Assembly: GCA_965644315.1 (NCBI GenBank)
Contig: CBFFRQ010000042.1
Coordinates: 620,001 to 684,000, forward strand
Origin: Caecitellus pseudoparvulus
Taxonomy: Eukaryota; Protista; Bigyra: Bicosoecida
Length of the DNA: 64,000 bases
Direction: 5' to 3'
This document shows positions 54,501 to 64,000 of the stretch, piece after piece (position 1 is the stretch's first letter; the number at the start of each line of letters is the position of its first letter). Under the pieces are notes generated by a model. The model saw only the letters and a program-made list of their open reading frames with translations. It made no database searches and was not told the DNA's origin. The translations under genes and the position numbers were made by a program.

Positions 54501-55776
54501 TCAGGAGCGCCCAGGCACGCCTGCTTGTTCCGCAGAGCCATACGTGGCGGGTCGCGCTTCGCCGAGGTGGGGCATCAGCTCAGCCACGCCTTGCTTCAGC
54601 AAGCTTGCGGCAACTGCCTCGCCCACTGCGACAGCGCCTTCAATGTAGCTTTCATCAACGCCAGCCACAGTTGCCAAGCCCGTGAAAACCTTCCCCATGG
54701 TGGGCACCTCTGGCAAGTCTTGATGTGACTGTGGCAGGGCAAGGGGTGCCTCGGCTTCCGCAGCCATGCTGCGACTGCCATCCCCAGTCAGCACCCTGGC
54801 GCTCAGGGACAGCACCGGGGGGGCGCCATCCTCGCCAGCAGTCACAGTACTCGTCACTGCCAAGGCAATTTGACAGCCGCCTTCCAGTGCCTTCAGCAAA
54901 GCCCGCTCAGCGGCACACCTTGCTGCTGTGGGCGGGTGCTGCACGCGCTTCATTCGCGCCAGCAAGGTCGCCTGGGCACCAGGTGAGGGTCGCCGGATTT
55001 CGATGCCCAGGGCCCCTTGCCCGACGCTGTACCCAAACCACGTGCTGGGCAGCTCCTGGGACATGCGAGCGTCCCACCCCAAGCGCTGCATGCCTGCCGA
55101 TGCCAGGACCAGCGCGTCGTACTGTGGGGCGCCGTCAGCTGGTGTGTCCAGCTTCGCCATGCGGGTGTTGAGGTTGCCACGGACGTCTTCAATGCACGCT
55201 GTGGGGCACAGGTGCTGCAGGAGGGCGGCGCGGCGGACGCTGGAAGTGCCCAGCACGGCGCCCGACGGCAGTGCGTGCAGCAGGGACGGCGCGCCGTCAG
55301 GGCCGGGCACGGCCTGCAGCTGGGCATGGCGGGGGGCCAGCACAAGGCAATCCAAAGGGGACTCCCGCTCAGTGATGGCGGCGAGCACCAGGTCATCTGG
55401 CAGCGTGGTGGGCACATCCTTCAGCGAGTGCACGACGAGGTCCACTGCCCCACCGCTCAAGTGCACTTCCAGCTCCTTGGTGAACAAACCTGGCGTCTTG
55501 GCCGCCAAAGTTGCCAGGGACTGCCCAAGTTTCTTGTCTCCAATCGTCTTGGCTGACGTAATGGGGCATTCCATGCCAGGGTGGCGGGCCTGCGCAAGGG
55601 GGGAGGGGTGCATCCCGGCGCCATCACTGTACGAAGCGCGTTGACATCCGCACCTGCAGAAGGCCCTGCACATGCCTGGCTTGCACCATGGCCAGATCGG
55701 ACGAACGGGATCCGATGCGCAGGGTCTGATCACCTGCAAGGCTTGTCTCTGCGCTTGCAGAGGTGTCGGCAGCCAT
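54501..55776 (-). CDS. HMBS: Porphobilinogen deaminase (hydroxymethylbilane synthase); join(complement 55776..55654,55589..54501)
   Basis: LRIGSRSSDLAMVQ, GLFTKELE, VHSLKDVPT, GTSSVRR, RGNLNTR, VGQGAL and AER..LEGGC. One 64-nt intron. Confidence 0.96.
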
Positions 55777-56171
55777 GTCCGCGTTTCACCTGCGTTTTTG
55801 ACGGGTGCGGATTGATGTGTTCTGTGCCTGGCAGGCCCTGTCTGGGCTAGCGGAGGGAGCAGGAAGGAGAGTATCTGGTGCAGATAAAAGTGCTCTGGAG
55901 GCGTGGTTGGGCAAAGTGGAGGGCACTTGAATTTGCCGTGCCAGAGCTGGACCGAGAAGTGACTGCACGCGGCCGAGAAATCCACCTGCCTGGGCGTGGC
56001 AAGGGAGGGGGGGTGCTTGAGTCCCCAAGGCTCTGCAACTCGCATGCACAAACGAACTCTGCACACAGTTGGATCTCCCTGAGCAGCAACACAGCATTCG
56101 CAGCGACAGGGCATGCACTGCCAGGGCTGTTGGCAGGACCGGCGCCGTTCCACACCAGCAGCACACGCACC

Positions 56172-57342
56172 ATGGCACTGAAGCGTGCCGTGTACGAGTT
56201 GGGCCGCATGGCCAGGGAAACAGGGCAGGCCCTGGACAAGGTGGGATTGAAGGTCCTGAACAAGCCTGTGTTCAAGGAGTCCTGTGCGTGTCCGCCGCCG
56301 TGGCGTCGGGATGCGTGCGGCACTGCACCAGCTCTCGTGAATGCCCGCCCTGCAGTCAGCCGCCACCGCGCGGTGATGAACCTGTACGAGCACCACCCAG
56401 ACGTCTCCGTGGACGCGTTTGTGGCCCCCAATGCGTCTGTGGTGGGCAACGTTTTCATCGGCATGCGGGCGTCAGTGTGGTATGGCGCAGTGCTCCGAGG
56501 TGAGGAGGGCTGCTAGCGCTCATGGCGGCGGCGGCAGCGGCTCAAGACCCACACACCCTTGCTGCTGCGCAGGCGACATGAACCACATCCAGATTGCTCC
56601 TTTCGCCAGCGTGGGCGACCGCGCCGTCATCCACACCAGCAAGTCTGTGGAGGGCAAACCCGCTGCCGTGGTCAAGATCGGCAGCCATGCTGTCATTGGT
56701 GAGTGCTGGCTCTTGGCAGTGCTGGTCTGGTCCTGGCTAGTAGTGTTTGCATGTGTGACTGGCCGGTTCGCACGTTGCGCGGGGCAGGGGCCCACGCAGG
56801 CGGCAGGGTCGGCCTTTGCTGGTGTGCTGATTCCGCACTTGGCCAGCGCCGCACTGTACGCTGCACTCACGCTGCACCCGCCCGCGAGCACAGGCCCTGG
56901 TGCACTGATTCAGAGTGCAACCATTGAGAACCACGCTGTTGTGGGCGCTGGCGCCATCATCATGGAGGGAGCCGTCGTGGAGGAGTATGCGCGTGTGGCA
57001 GAGGGCGCAGTGGTGCACCCTGGCCGCCGCGTGCCCAAGGGCCAGCTGTGGGGTGGCAACCCCGCCGTGTTTGTCCGCAACCTGACGAAGACAGAAATGG
57101 CGCACCATGCAGTGGACGCGGAGGCCGGCGCTGACTTGGCTGCCGAGCACAAGGCAGAGTTCCTGCCCGCCAACACTGCCTACCTGCAGGCGGAGGCGCT
57201 GGGCGTGCCAGCAGCCTCCCTGCCTGAGGCGCGGGACCTCAGCCCGACACAGGTGGAGGTGGAAGGCCTCATCCGCCCTGCAGCGGGCCTGCACCCTCCC
57301 AAGGACAAGGACTGGGCAGACATGACCACTGCCCAGCGGTGA
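56172..57342 (+). CDS. Mitochondrial gamma-carbonic anhydrase (complex I CA module); join(56172..56283,56356..56499,56573..56698,56894..57342)
   Basis: LGRMARETGQALD, FSRHR, FVAPNASVVGNV, SVWYGAVLRGD, hexapeptide repeats and LWGGNPA.FVR. Introns of 72, 73 and 195 nt. Confidence 0.92.
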
Positions 57343-57366
57343 GCTGCCGCCCCCCTCCGCGACAAG

Positions 57367-57374
57367 AATGCATT
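57367..57374. terminator. Palindromic AATGCATT, candidate bidirectional 3'-end/poly(A) element
   Basis: It lies in the 37-nt gap between convergent stops and reads AATGCA on both strands. The same hexamer recurs after many stops. Confidence 0.45.
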
Positions 57375-57379
57375 CCCCC

Positions 57380-59546
57380 TCACTTCTTCTTGCCCTTCTT
57401 CTTGCCCTTCTTCCGGCGCTTCTCGCGCTTCTGCCTCTCCAGCTCCATGCCAGTCACGCGCACCACCTCCGTGTCCCGTGCAGCATCCACCTGCTCCGCT
57501 GCCTGCCCGGCAATGGCCAGGGCACGCTCAATCAGCGCCTCCGCGCTGCCCTGCTCCGCCGCGCGCTGAGCCGTCCTGGTCATGCCTGCGATGGCCCGCT
57601 TCCACCTGCGCAGGTGCACCATCTGGGGCGACGCCTGGGGCATGGGCTTGGGCGCCTCTTCCTCGGCGCCTTTCTTGGGAGCCTTGCCACCGCGAGGCGC
57701 CCGGGCGCCCTTCTTGCGGGGCGCCTCCTCCTCCTCCTCAGACAGGTACCCCGCAGCCAGCCAGGCGTCCCCTGCAGGGTCCAGCGCCGCGTCGTACTCC
57801 TGCCCTGGCGGCCACGTGTCCCCTGCGCCGAACACCTCCTCCCCCTCCTTGCCCTCCCCGTCATCCGCCGCACCTGACCCCGGCGCCAGCCGTGCGAAGC
57901 GTGGGTACGCCGCGGCATCGTCTGACGCCAGCTCCTGGGCCAGCTGCTCGTACTGCGCCTGCAGCGTCTGCAGCTCCTGCATCTCATCCGTCAACTGCAC
58001 CTCCACGGTGAGGCGGGAGTGCACTGTAGCAGCCTCGGCAGCCAGGGCCGGCTGCACGCCCATCGCCTTGGCTGCCGCCAGGCTCTCTGCGAGGGCGGCG
58101 ATGTCCCCATCGTGGCCGTGTGTGGCTGTGGGGATGGCACGCCCGACGGCCACCGCGTCGGCCAGTCTGATCTCGTTCAGCGCCGCCACCAGCGCACGGC
58201 GGGCGACGCCCAGCGCTGCGACGCCCACCCCTGCCGCCCCAGCCGCTGACAGCGCCGTGGACAAGCTCTCAGCCTGCGCCACGCCCTCCAGCGGCCGCTG
58301 GGCAGTGACCTGCACCACAGCTCGCTTGAGGTCCAGCCAGGCGTGGGCACGGGCCAGTGCCTGCCGGCCAGCAGCGATGAGCTTCACAGACGCGCGCAGC
58401 TCCCGTGCCTTGTCCAGGGCCGCCAGCAAGCCCGGCACCGCGTGCTCGTCCAGCTCCTCCACGACAGCGGCGAGGCCAAAGTCGGAGGGCGGCTCGCCGC
58501 TGCCCTGCAGGGGGCCGCCCGCGTGAATCACCTCCACCTCGGGGCTCTCCTCGTCGGCGCCAGGCAGGGCGCCTGCGTCGGCGCCACCCTCAGAGGCAGG
58601 CTGCATGGCAGCCTCCAGCGCGCTCTCCGCGTCCCCCACCTGGTACTCGATCTCCGTGTAAAAACGCACCGGCATGAGGGTGTCGTCCCCGTGAGCTGCT
58701 GACGCGTGCACGGGGATGATGCGGCTGATGCACTCGTCCGAGTACATCTTGCGCGTGGAGTGGCACAGGTGCCGCAGGTCGTGGGGCCCGAACTCGTCGC
58801 CCGTCCCCGCGCACGTGCGCTGCTGCATGGCCTTGCCCAGCAGGGCAGACACGTCGGGCTGGGTGGCCAAGTCTGCTGCGGTGTTGCCGTGGTAGTTGCG
58901 GGCGTGCAGGTCCACCCCAGCGTGCAGCAGGGACGTCACGCAGTCTGTGTGCCCCCCAGCCGCGGCCAGGTGCAAGGCGGTGTTGCCGTACGTGTCCACG
59001 TCTGTCGTGCTGAGCTGGGCATTCAACAGCAGCCACACGCACTTCAAGTGGCCCTTGTACGCTGCCCACAGCAAGGGGGAATTCAGCTGTCGCCGGCTGC
59101 CCACACCACCTTCACCTGCAGCTTCGGCGGCAGCCGCCGTCGTCTCCAGCATGTCTTCAGGCAAAGCCTTGAACTCTTCCCCAGCTCCAACATCAAGCAG
59201 GCGTTGCACAATCTGCCAGAGAGCAGGTGCCGGGGTGTGCGAGACGGGTAGCTCCTGAAGCGCTGCCGGGCCGAGCTGAGGTCGTGCTCACCTCATGGTG
59301 CCCGTAAAAAGACGCCCACAGCAGCGGGTTCCAGTGCTTCTCGTCCCGGAAGCAGGGGTCGGCGCCTTGTTCCAAGGCTTCAGACAACTTCATGGCGTCA
59401 TTCTGGACAACGGCGGTGGCCAGCGAGTGGTTCAGCTCCTCGGCTGTCAGGGAAGGCTTGCTGTCTGACACTCCCAGCAACCCCGCCTCAGGCAGGGACT
59501 CCAGCTCCTCATCCTCCTCTGCAATGGTCATGCCAGTGGCCGACAT
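57380..59546 (-). CDS. Ankyrin-repeat protein with a helical C-terminal region and polylysine tail; join(complement 59546..59292,59212..57380)
   Basis: NPLLWASFYGH, SPLLWAAYKGH, GNTALHLAAAGGH and GNTAADLA. Ends RRKKGKKKGKKK. One 79-nt intron. Confidence 0.85.
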
Positions 59547-59784
59547 GGTGTCCTGGCATGCTGATGCGGGGTCTTCCACCCTTCCAGGGACCGGGTGAAG
59601 CTCGCCACGCTGCGTCCTCAGGCTGCGGGATTCTGGCTTTGCGCACACATTGCTCCTGGCACGGCATCAGCGGCCAGCACATCCTCCCGTTTTGACTCTG
59701 CCCACAGCAGCGGCGCCAGCAGCGCCCAAAGCAGCCCCACGTGCTGTCTCTGTGGGCACCCCCCTGCTGCTCGCCGTGCCTTCC

Positions 59785-60999
59785 ATGGAAGCGACGCCGG
59801 GCAGTCGCCCGACGTTTCATAGCGTTTCATGTGGCTCGCTGCGCATTCCACGCGGGCCTGCTGTCTGCATCACTGCTTTTCTCGTGGGTTTGACGGGTGC
59901 CGTGGTGCTGATTGGAATTACACTGTGGGTTGTGCTGCATTTCGTGCTCCCCTCTTGGCCCCTCGTCGCGGCAAGCCCTCCACGCTTGCTGCCTCCACTC
60001 CCGCCACAGTTTCGCGGCTGCTCAGAACGGCTTCCATGGCTCCCTCTCCCTGCCCATGAGCATCGCTGAGCTGCAAGGCATGACAGAAGCAATCCAAGGG
60101 CTCATGGATGCGGCGCCGCTTCTGAGTGTCCTCAGCTTCGCGTGGCTGTACTGCTTTGTGCAGGTGCGGCGGCCCGAGCAATGCTGCGCTTGCACTCCCT
60201 GACACCCCTGCCCCTCTCCCTCGCACGGCAGACATTCGCCATTCCTGGCAGCTTCCTGCTGAACATCCTGGCTGGCGCCCACCTCGGCGTGCTGCCGGCT
60301 CTCCTCGTGGTGGCCATGGCTGCAGCCAGCGGAGCGACGTGCTGCTACGCACTCAGCTTCGCTGCGGGGCAGGGCGTCATGCAGCACCCTTGGCTGGTGT
60401 CTCGCGTGGCAGCCATTCGAGCTGCCGTCGTGCGGGCCAAGGCCTCCGGGTCGCTGTTCTGGTACCTGCTGTCCCTGCGCCTGCTGCCCGTCACGCCCAA
60501 CTACATCGTGAACATCAGCAGTCCCTGGGTGGGCGTGCCGCCAGCCATGTTCTGGCTCACCATGGCTGTGGGCCTCACCCCCTACAACTACGCCACCGTC
60601 GCAGCAGGCGCCGCGTTGGGCGACCTGCGCCCAGACTTTGCTGTCATGGACGTGTGGCTGTTCCTCAAGCTGACCAGCATCGCCGGTGCGGCCTTGGTGC
60701 CCACCCTGTGCATTTCCCGAGTGCGGCGACTGGCAGGCACGCCAGAGGCGGGGGATGGCCAGGCAGCCACCGGCGTGGAGGCAGAGGGGGGCGACTTGCC
60801 ACGGCCCCGGCGGGCACGGACTGCCGATGCGGAGCGGCCCCCCACTGACTTCCTCCCAGGTGCGTCAGGCTCAGACGTGCTGGGTGGCGTTGGCTTCCAA
60901 TGTGACGAGGCCTTCATGGGCGTGCGGGTGGGGCAGTGGCGCGTCGGCGTGAGCCGGGCGACAGGGCCCGCTGCCCCAGCCCGCCCAGTGCCGGTGTAG
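59785..60999 (+). CDS. TMEM41: TMEM41/VTT (DedA) family lipid scramblase; join(59785..59924,60010..60163,60232..60999)
   Basis: Spliced FVQTFAIPGSFLLNILAG, GATCCY, YLLSLRLLPVTPNYIVNISSP and GLTPYNY. Introns of 85 and 68 nt. Confidence 0.88.
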
Positions 61000-61011
61000 G
61001 GGCAGGCAAGC

Positions 61012-62060
61012 TCAAGACGCGGCGAAGCCACGACTCGTGGCCTCTGTCGGCATCATGACGCCAGCACGAGTGATGGCGAAGGGCAGTCGCACGCGGGGCG
61101 CGCTGGGGCACTTGGCCACGACGACCTCCCGCGTGGAGCCGGTGGTGTCCAGGAGCAGGCGAGTGTTCACTGCGTGGGACCAGGCAACGCCGAGGGTGGG
61201 CGACAGTTCCCCGCCCGCGCGCGTGTGAGCGAGGTTCGTCACCAACACGGCGAAGGCGAAGTGCTCGGCCAGGGTTTTGAGGGCTGTGGCGGCGGCCATC
61301 AGCGCCTCTTGCCGGGCGACGTGGCCTTCGTCTGCCTTGACCGCCCCGGCAATGCTGTCCACGACGACCAGGGCGACGTCAGACTGCAGCACCATGCCTT
61401 CCAGTGTGGACAGGACGCCCAGAAAGGCCGGCGCGTCTGTGGCTGTGAGGATGTGCAGGCGGCGCAAGGCAGAGGCAGCTGCCGCGCCGGCGTCAGCGAC
61501 GCCGTCAGCAGCCAGCCGTGCCATGGCCATGCGCTCCAGCAGCTGGGGGCTGAGCTTCCCCTCAGTTTCGATGTACACCACTTCTGTCGCCTCGTGCCCC
61601 GGGGCCAACAAGACGGACAGGGCGGTGCTCATGCACCACTGGGACTTGCCGGCGCCACTGGTGCCAGCCAGCTCCGTCAAGCTGCCGAAGGCGAAGCCAT
61701 CCCCCAGCACGGCGTCGAGCATTGGGAGGGGTGTGCGCACGGAATGCGGCTGGGATTTGTACTTGTGCAGCAAATCGGCGGCCTGTGCACCCGTGCAAGT
61801 GCAGACAGGGGCGGGCAGGTGGCTCAAACGACGGGCGAAACGCGGGGCCGAAACGCACGCACCGACACGACTGGAGGGCAAACTGCAGCTGCCACAGTGC
61901 CAAGAGCAGATGCTGCACCGGTGCATGTCAGCTTGGCAGACACCTTCATCATGTCCAGCACGCGGAGGTGCAGGGCATCTTCACACGTTGTGCATCCTGC
62001 GCCCAGCAAGTCCGTGACAAGTTCTTGCGGGAGCCCGGCCCGGCGCACGCTGCGCGCCAT
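61012..62060 (-). CDS. RAD51B: RAD51 paralog B; join(complement 62060..61863,61782..61012)
   Basis: The N-terminal RRAGLPQEL..TCEDALHL..LDMMKV is RAD51B-like. Walker A GTSGAGKS, YIETE, Walker B LVVVDS and LGVAWSHAVNTRL. One 80-nt intron. Confidence 0.85.
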
Positions 62061-62111
62061 GGGTACGGCAGCGGGCTGCGAACATGTACATTGGCCGCCT
62101 TGAGCACCAGG

Positions 62112-63614
62112 TTATGATGGAGGTGGCAGGGCAGTTGTGAGCAGGAGGCCGGAAAGCGCCCCCTCCTGTGCTGGCAACGGCGCCGCTGGCGCGTGGCCCA
62201 AGCGCCCCTTCACTCTGCCCCGCCCCGGCCGCCCCCTGCTGGCACGCTCCCGGACACCCCCTCCCAGAACAGCCCGACCTCCGATGCTCAAGGGGGCTGT
62301 GCTGGGCACTGTGGCCTCCATGGGTGCTGTGGTGGCGCGCGCAGGTTCAGCTCGTGGCGTGCGCCGCCTCGGCACCAGGCCCGGGAACACCGCACACCCA
62401 CACTGGCCGCAGGCGTTGCTGGCCATGACGCTGCCTGCCAGACACGAAGCATGGGCCGCGTGGCCACACGGCAGGGCCCGCATTCCCCCACCTTCCCGGC
62501 TGCACAGTGCACAGGCAACCCTCCCAGCAGCCTCGCCCAGGCAACGCTGCACGAGGAATTCAGGCAAGGACACCTCAGGCGCCGTCGCGCCGTACCCGTC
62601 CAGCTGCAGGAGCAAGTCATAGTCTGCAGCTTGCAGGTCACGCCCTTGCAGCGCGAGCAGGGCCTGGCGTGCCTGGGCGGCAGCCGCTTCCTGCTCTGCT
62701 TGGCGCGTCGCCGGCGCCCAAGAGGCACTGATGCCGCCAGCCTGTGCCCGCCGCGGAGGGGCGCTGCTGCACGCAAACGTGTGGTGTGCATGCTTCCCTT
62801 TGTGGAAGCACCGGGCGCAGAGGTCCACAGGTGCCTCGGTGGGGCACTGCGCGCAGCGGTAGCGGCAGCCGTACAACGGGCTGGTGCCGCAGGCACTGCA
62901 CTTGGTGTGAGGGTGCACGCCCTTGGGCCGCCGCTTGGAGCCAGCCCTGCGAGCTGCCAGCAACATGTCTTCCACTTGGGCGGGGCTGCCCAGCGCAGCG
63001 CGGCACAGGGGGCACGCCACCACCACCTCCCGCCCCGCCGCCGCGTGCCGAGCCAGGGACAGCACGCACTGCCCATGCATGCTCTTGCCACAGCCCGCCT
63101 TGCACCACGTCAAGTGCTGGTCGATGGTCATGTCATCCAGACAAATGGGACATGTCTCCCCGTCCTCCAGAGGCCGCCTGGCATGGCCGCTGGCGTGCCG
63201 GCGCGCGGCCTTCCCCGAGACTGGACCACCTGCGCCTGCCGGACCCCTGCCTGCGCGGCTCCCCCGCGCTTCGTACGCTAAGATGCGCTCCAGCGCTGCG
63301 TCAGGCAAACCTGCGCCTGACAGAGCCTCTTTGTCGTCCTCTGGTACCTTGAGCACGCGCCGCAACATGGAGAGCAGGTGTTGGCAGGGGCGGTCAGGTG
63401 AGCCACATGAGCTGCAGATGTGTCTTTGGCCAACCTGCACCTTGACAGAATCACGGACTTCACTGCCAGCTACCTTCACCAGGGTCGCAGCAAGGGGGCC
63501 TTGACGCCGCTTCAGTATGAAGGATGCGCTTGGGTCCTGCCTGCGCAGCGCGAAATGACGGGCGTGCCGGCGTAACGGCAGCGAAACGCCTGGCCTGAGC
63601 ACGCACGCGGCCAT
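62112..63614 (-). CDS. ZSWIM2: SWIM-RING-ZZ-RING E3 ubiquitin ligase (ZSWIM2/MEX-like)
   Basis: SWIM (HICSSC..PCQHL), RING (CPIC..CKAGCGKSMHGQC..CPLCR), ZZ (CSAC..RYRCAQC..LCARCF..H..H), DYDLLLQLD and a second RING (CALC..LPCGHAAH..C..CGQC). Confidence 0.85.
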   Translation of the reverse strand: MAACVLRPGVSLPLRRHARHFALRRQDPSASFILKRRQGPLAATLVKVAGSEVRDSVKVQVGQRHICSSCGSPDRPCQHLLSMLRRVLKVPEDDKEALSGAGLPDAALERILAYEARGSRAGRGPAGAGGPVSGKAARRHASGHARRPLEDGETCPICLDDMTIDQHLTWCKAGCGKSMHGQCVLSLARHAAAGREVVVACPLCRAALGSPAQVEDMLLAARRAGSKRRPKGVHPHTKCSACGTSPLYGCRYRCAQCPTEAPVDLCARCFHKGKHAHHTFACSSAPPRRAQAGGISASWAPATRQAEQEAAAAQARQALLALQGRDLQAADYDLLLQLDGYGATAPEVSLPEFLVQRCLGEAAGRVACALCSREGGGMRALPCGHAAHASCLAGSVMASNACGQCGCAVFPGLVPRRRTPRAEPARATTAPMEATVPSTAPLSIGGRAVLGGGVRERASRGRPGRGRVKGRLGHAPAAPLPAQEGALSGLLLTTALPPPS

Positions 63615-63870
63615 CCTTGCCGCCTGCCACTCAACCACGGCAGCTGGAGCCCGATTTAAACGTTTCCGTCTTGCTTGGCGTCTCAGTGGCCATAAGGACA
63701 GCTGGACGCGCCCTCAGGCATGGGCTTGGGGGGCAGGTTGGCCTGCGTGTCGCTCCCCACACTGATGTACACTTGCGGAGAATGAAATAAATCCAAGGGC
63801 TTGCATCATTCCTTCGTTGGGTCAATGATGTACTTGAGTAAATTTTGCACTGGTGCACCCCCTCTCCACC

Positions 63871-64000
63871 ATGCTGAAACGAAGCGTGCTGCTGAGCCTG
63901 GCAGCGCTGCTGCACAGTGTGCTGCCGCAATGCACTGCACAAACATCGGCATGGAGCGAGCTGCAAGCAGCATCGCCGCCATCACCGCGCAGTGGCATGT
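63871..64000 (+). CDS. 5' fragment of a secreted protein, possibly Kelch-type (truncated by the window end)
   Basis: MLKRSVLLSLAALLHSVLPQCTAQTSAWSELQAASPPSPRSGM: a signal peptide followed by a W..PPSPRSG Kelch-like start. Too short for the ORF track. Confidence 0.5.
   Translation, partial: MLKRSVLLSLAALLHSVLPQCTAQTSAWSELQAASPPSPRSGM

Noticed and set aside
55777-56396. Long N-terminal extension of HemC in the 631-aa ORF as a targeting peptide
   Set aside because: The true first exon is in another frame (ATG 55776, containing IGSRSSDLA). The extension is read-through of intron, spacer and antisense gamma-CA sequence.
56800-56812. Second CAG-G-GT 1-nt exon candidate inside the gamma-CA 195-nt intron
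   Set aside because: Including the G would frameshift the conserved downstream hexapeptide repeats. The single intron already restores the frame.
1873-61862. Introns as a family of introner transposons
   Set aside because: Intron bodies share no evident sequence similarity, terminal inverted repeats or target-site duplications beyond the splice consensus.

Overview
This is GC-rich, gene-dense eukaryotic nuclear DNA, not prokaryotic. I resolved about 34 protein-coding genes (two cut by the window edges) and about 35 hand-inferred spliceosomal introns. The introns are mostly 61-92 nt, with donor GTGMGY, a C-rich 3' end and acceptor CAG. The host is probably a heterotrophic non-opisthokont protist, plausibly a stramenopile. 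This is inferred from a mitochondrial gamma-carbonic anhydrase, a KCBP-type kinesin-14 and a HemC with no plastid presequence. Recognisable genes: stomatin-like 2, an LRR protein, an MFS transporter, Rab11, V-ATPase c'', QPRT/NadC, KRI1, glyoxalase II, AP-3 delta, TBL3/UTP13, a degenerate long-chain acyl-CoA synthetase, a RAP-domain protein, CutC, a PLP fold-III DSD-like enzyme, a lipoyl-only protein, GPATCH11, YjjX, a PX-PH-TKL kinase, kinesin-14, a WNK/NRBP pseudokinase, a Kelch-EGF surface protein, HemC, gamma-CA, an ankyrin protein, TMEM41, RAD51B and ZSWIM2. I saw no tRNA, rRNA, CRISPR array or transposon. The most notable signals concern gene expression. (1) A probable single-nucleotide exon in the lipoyl gene. 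(2) A recurrent AATGYA element just downstream of stop codons, a candidate lineage-specific poly(A) signal that is often embedded in the neighbouring gene's CDS and once forms a shared palindrome. (3) All ten convergent gene pairs lie within 52 nt of each other or overlap. All gene models were spliced by hand without transcript data, and family calls rest on motif recognition, not database searches.
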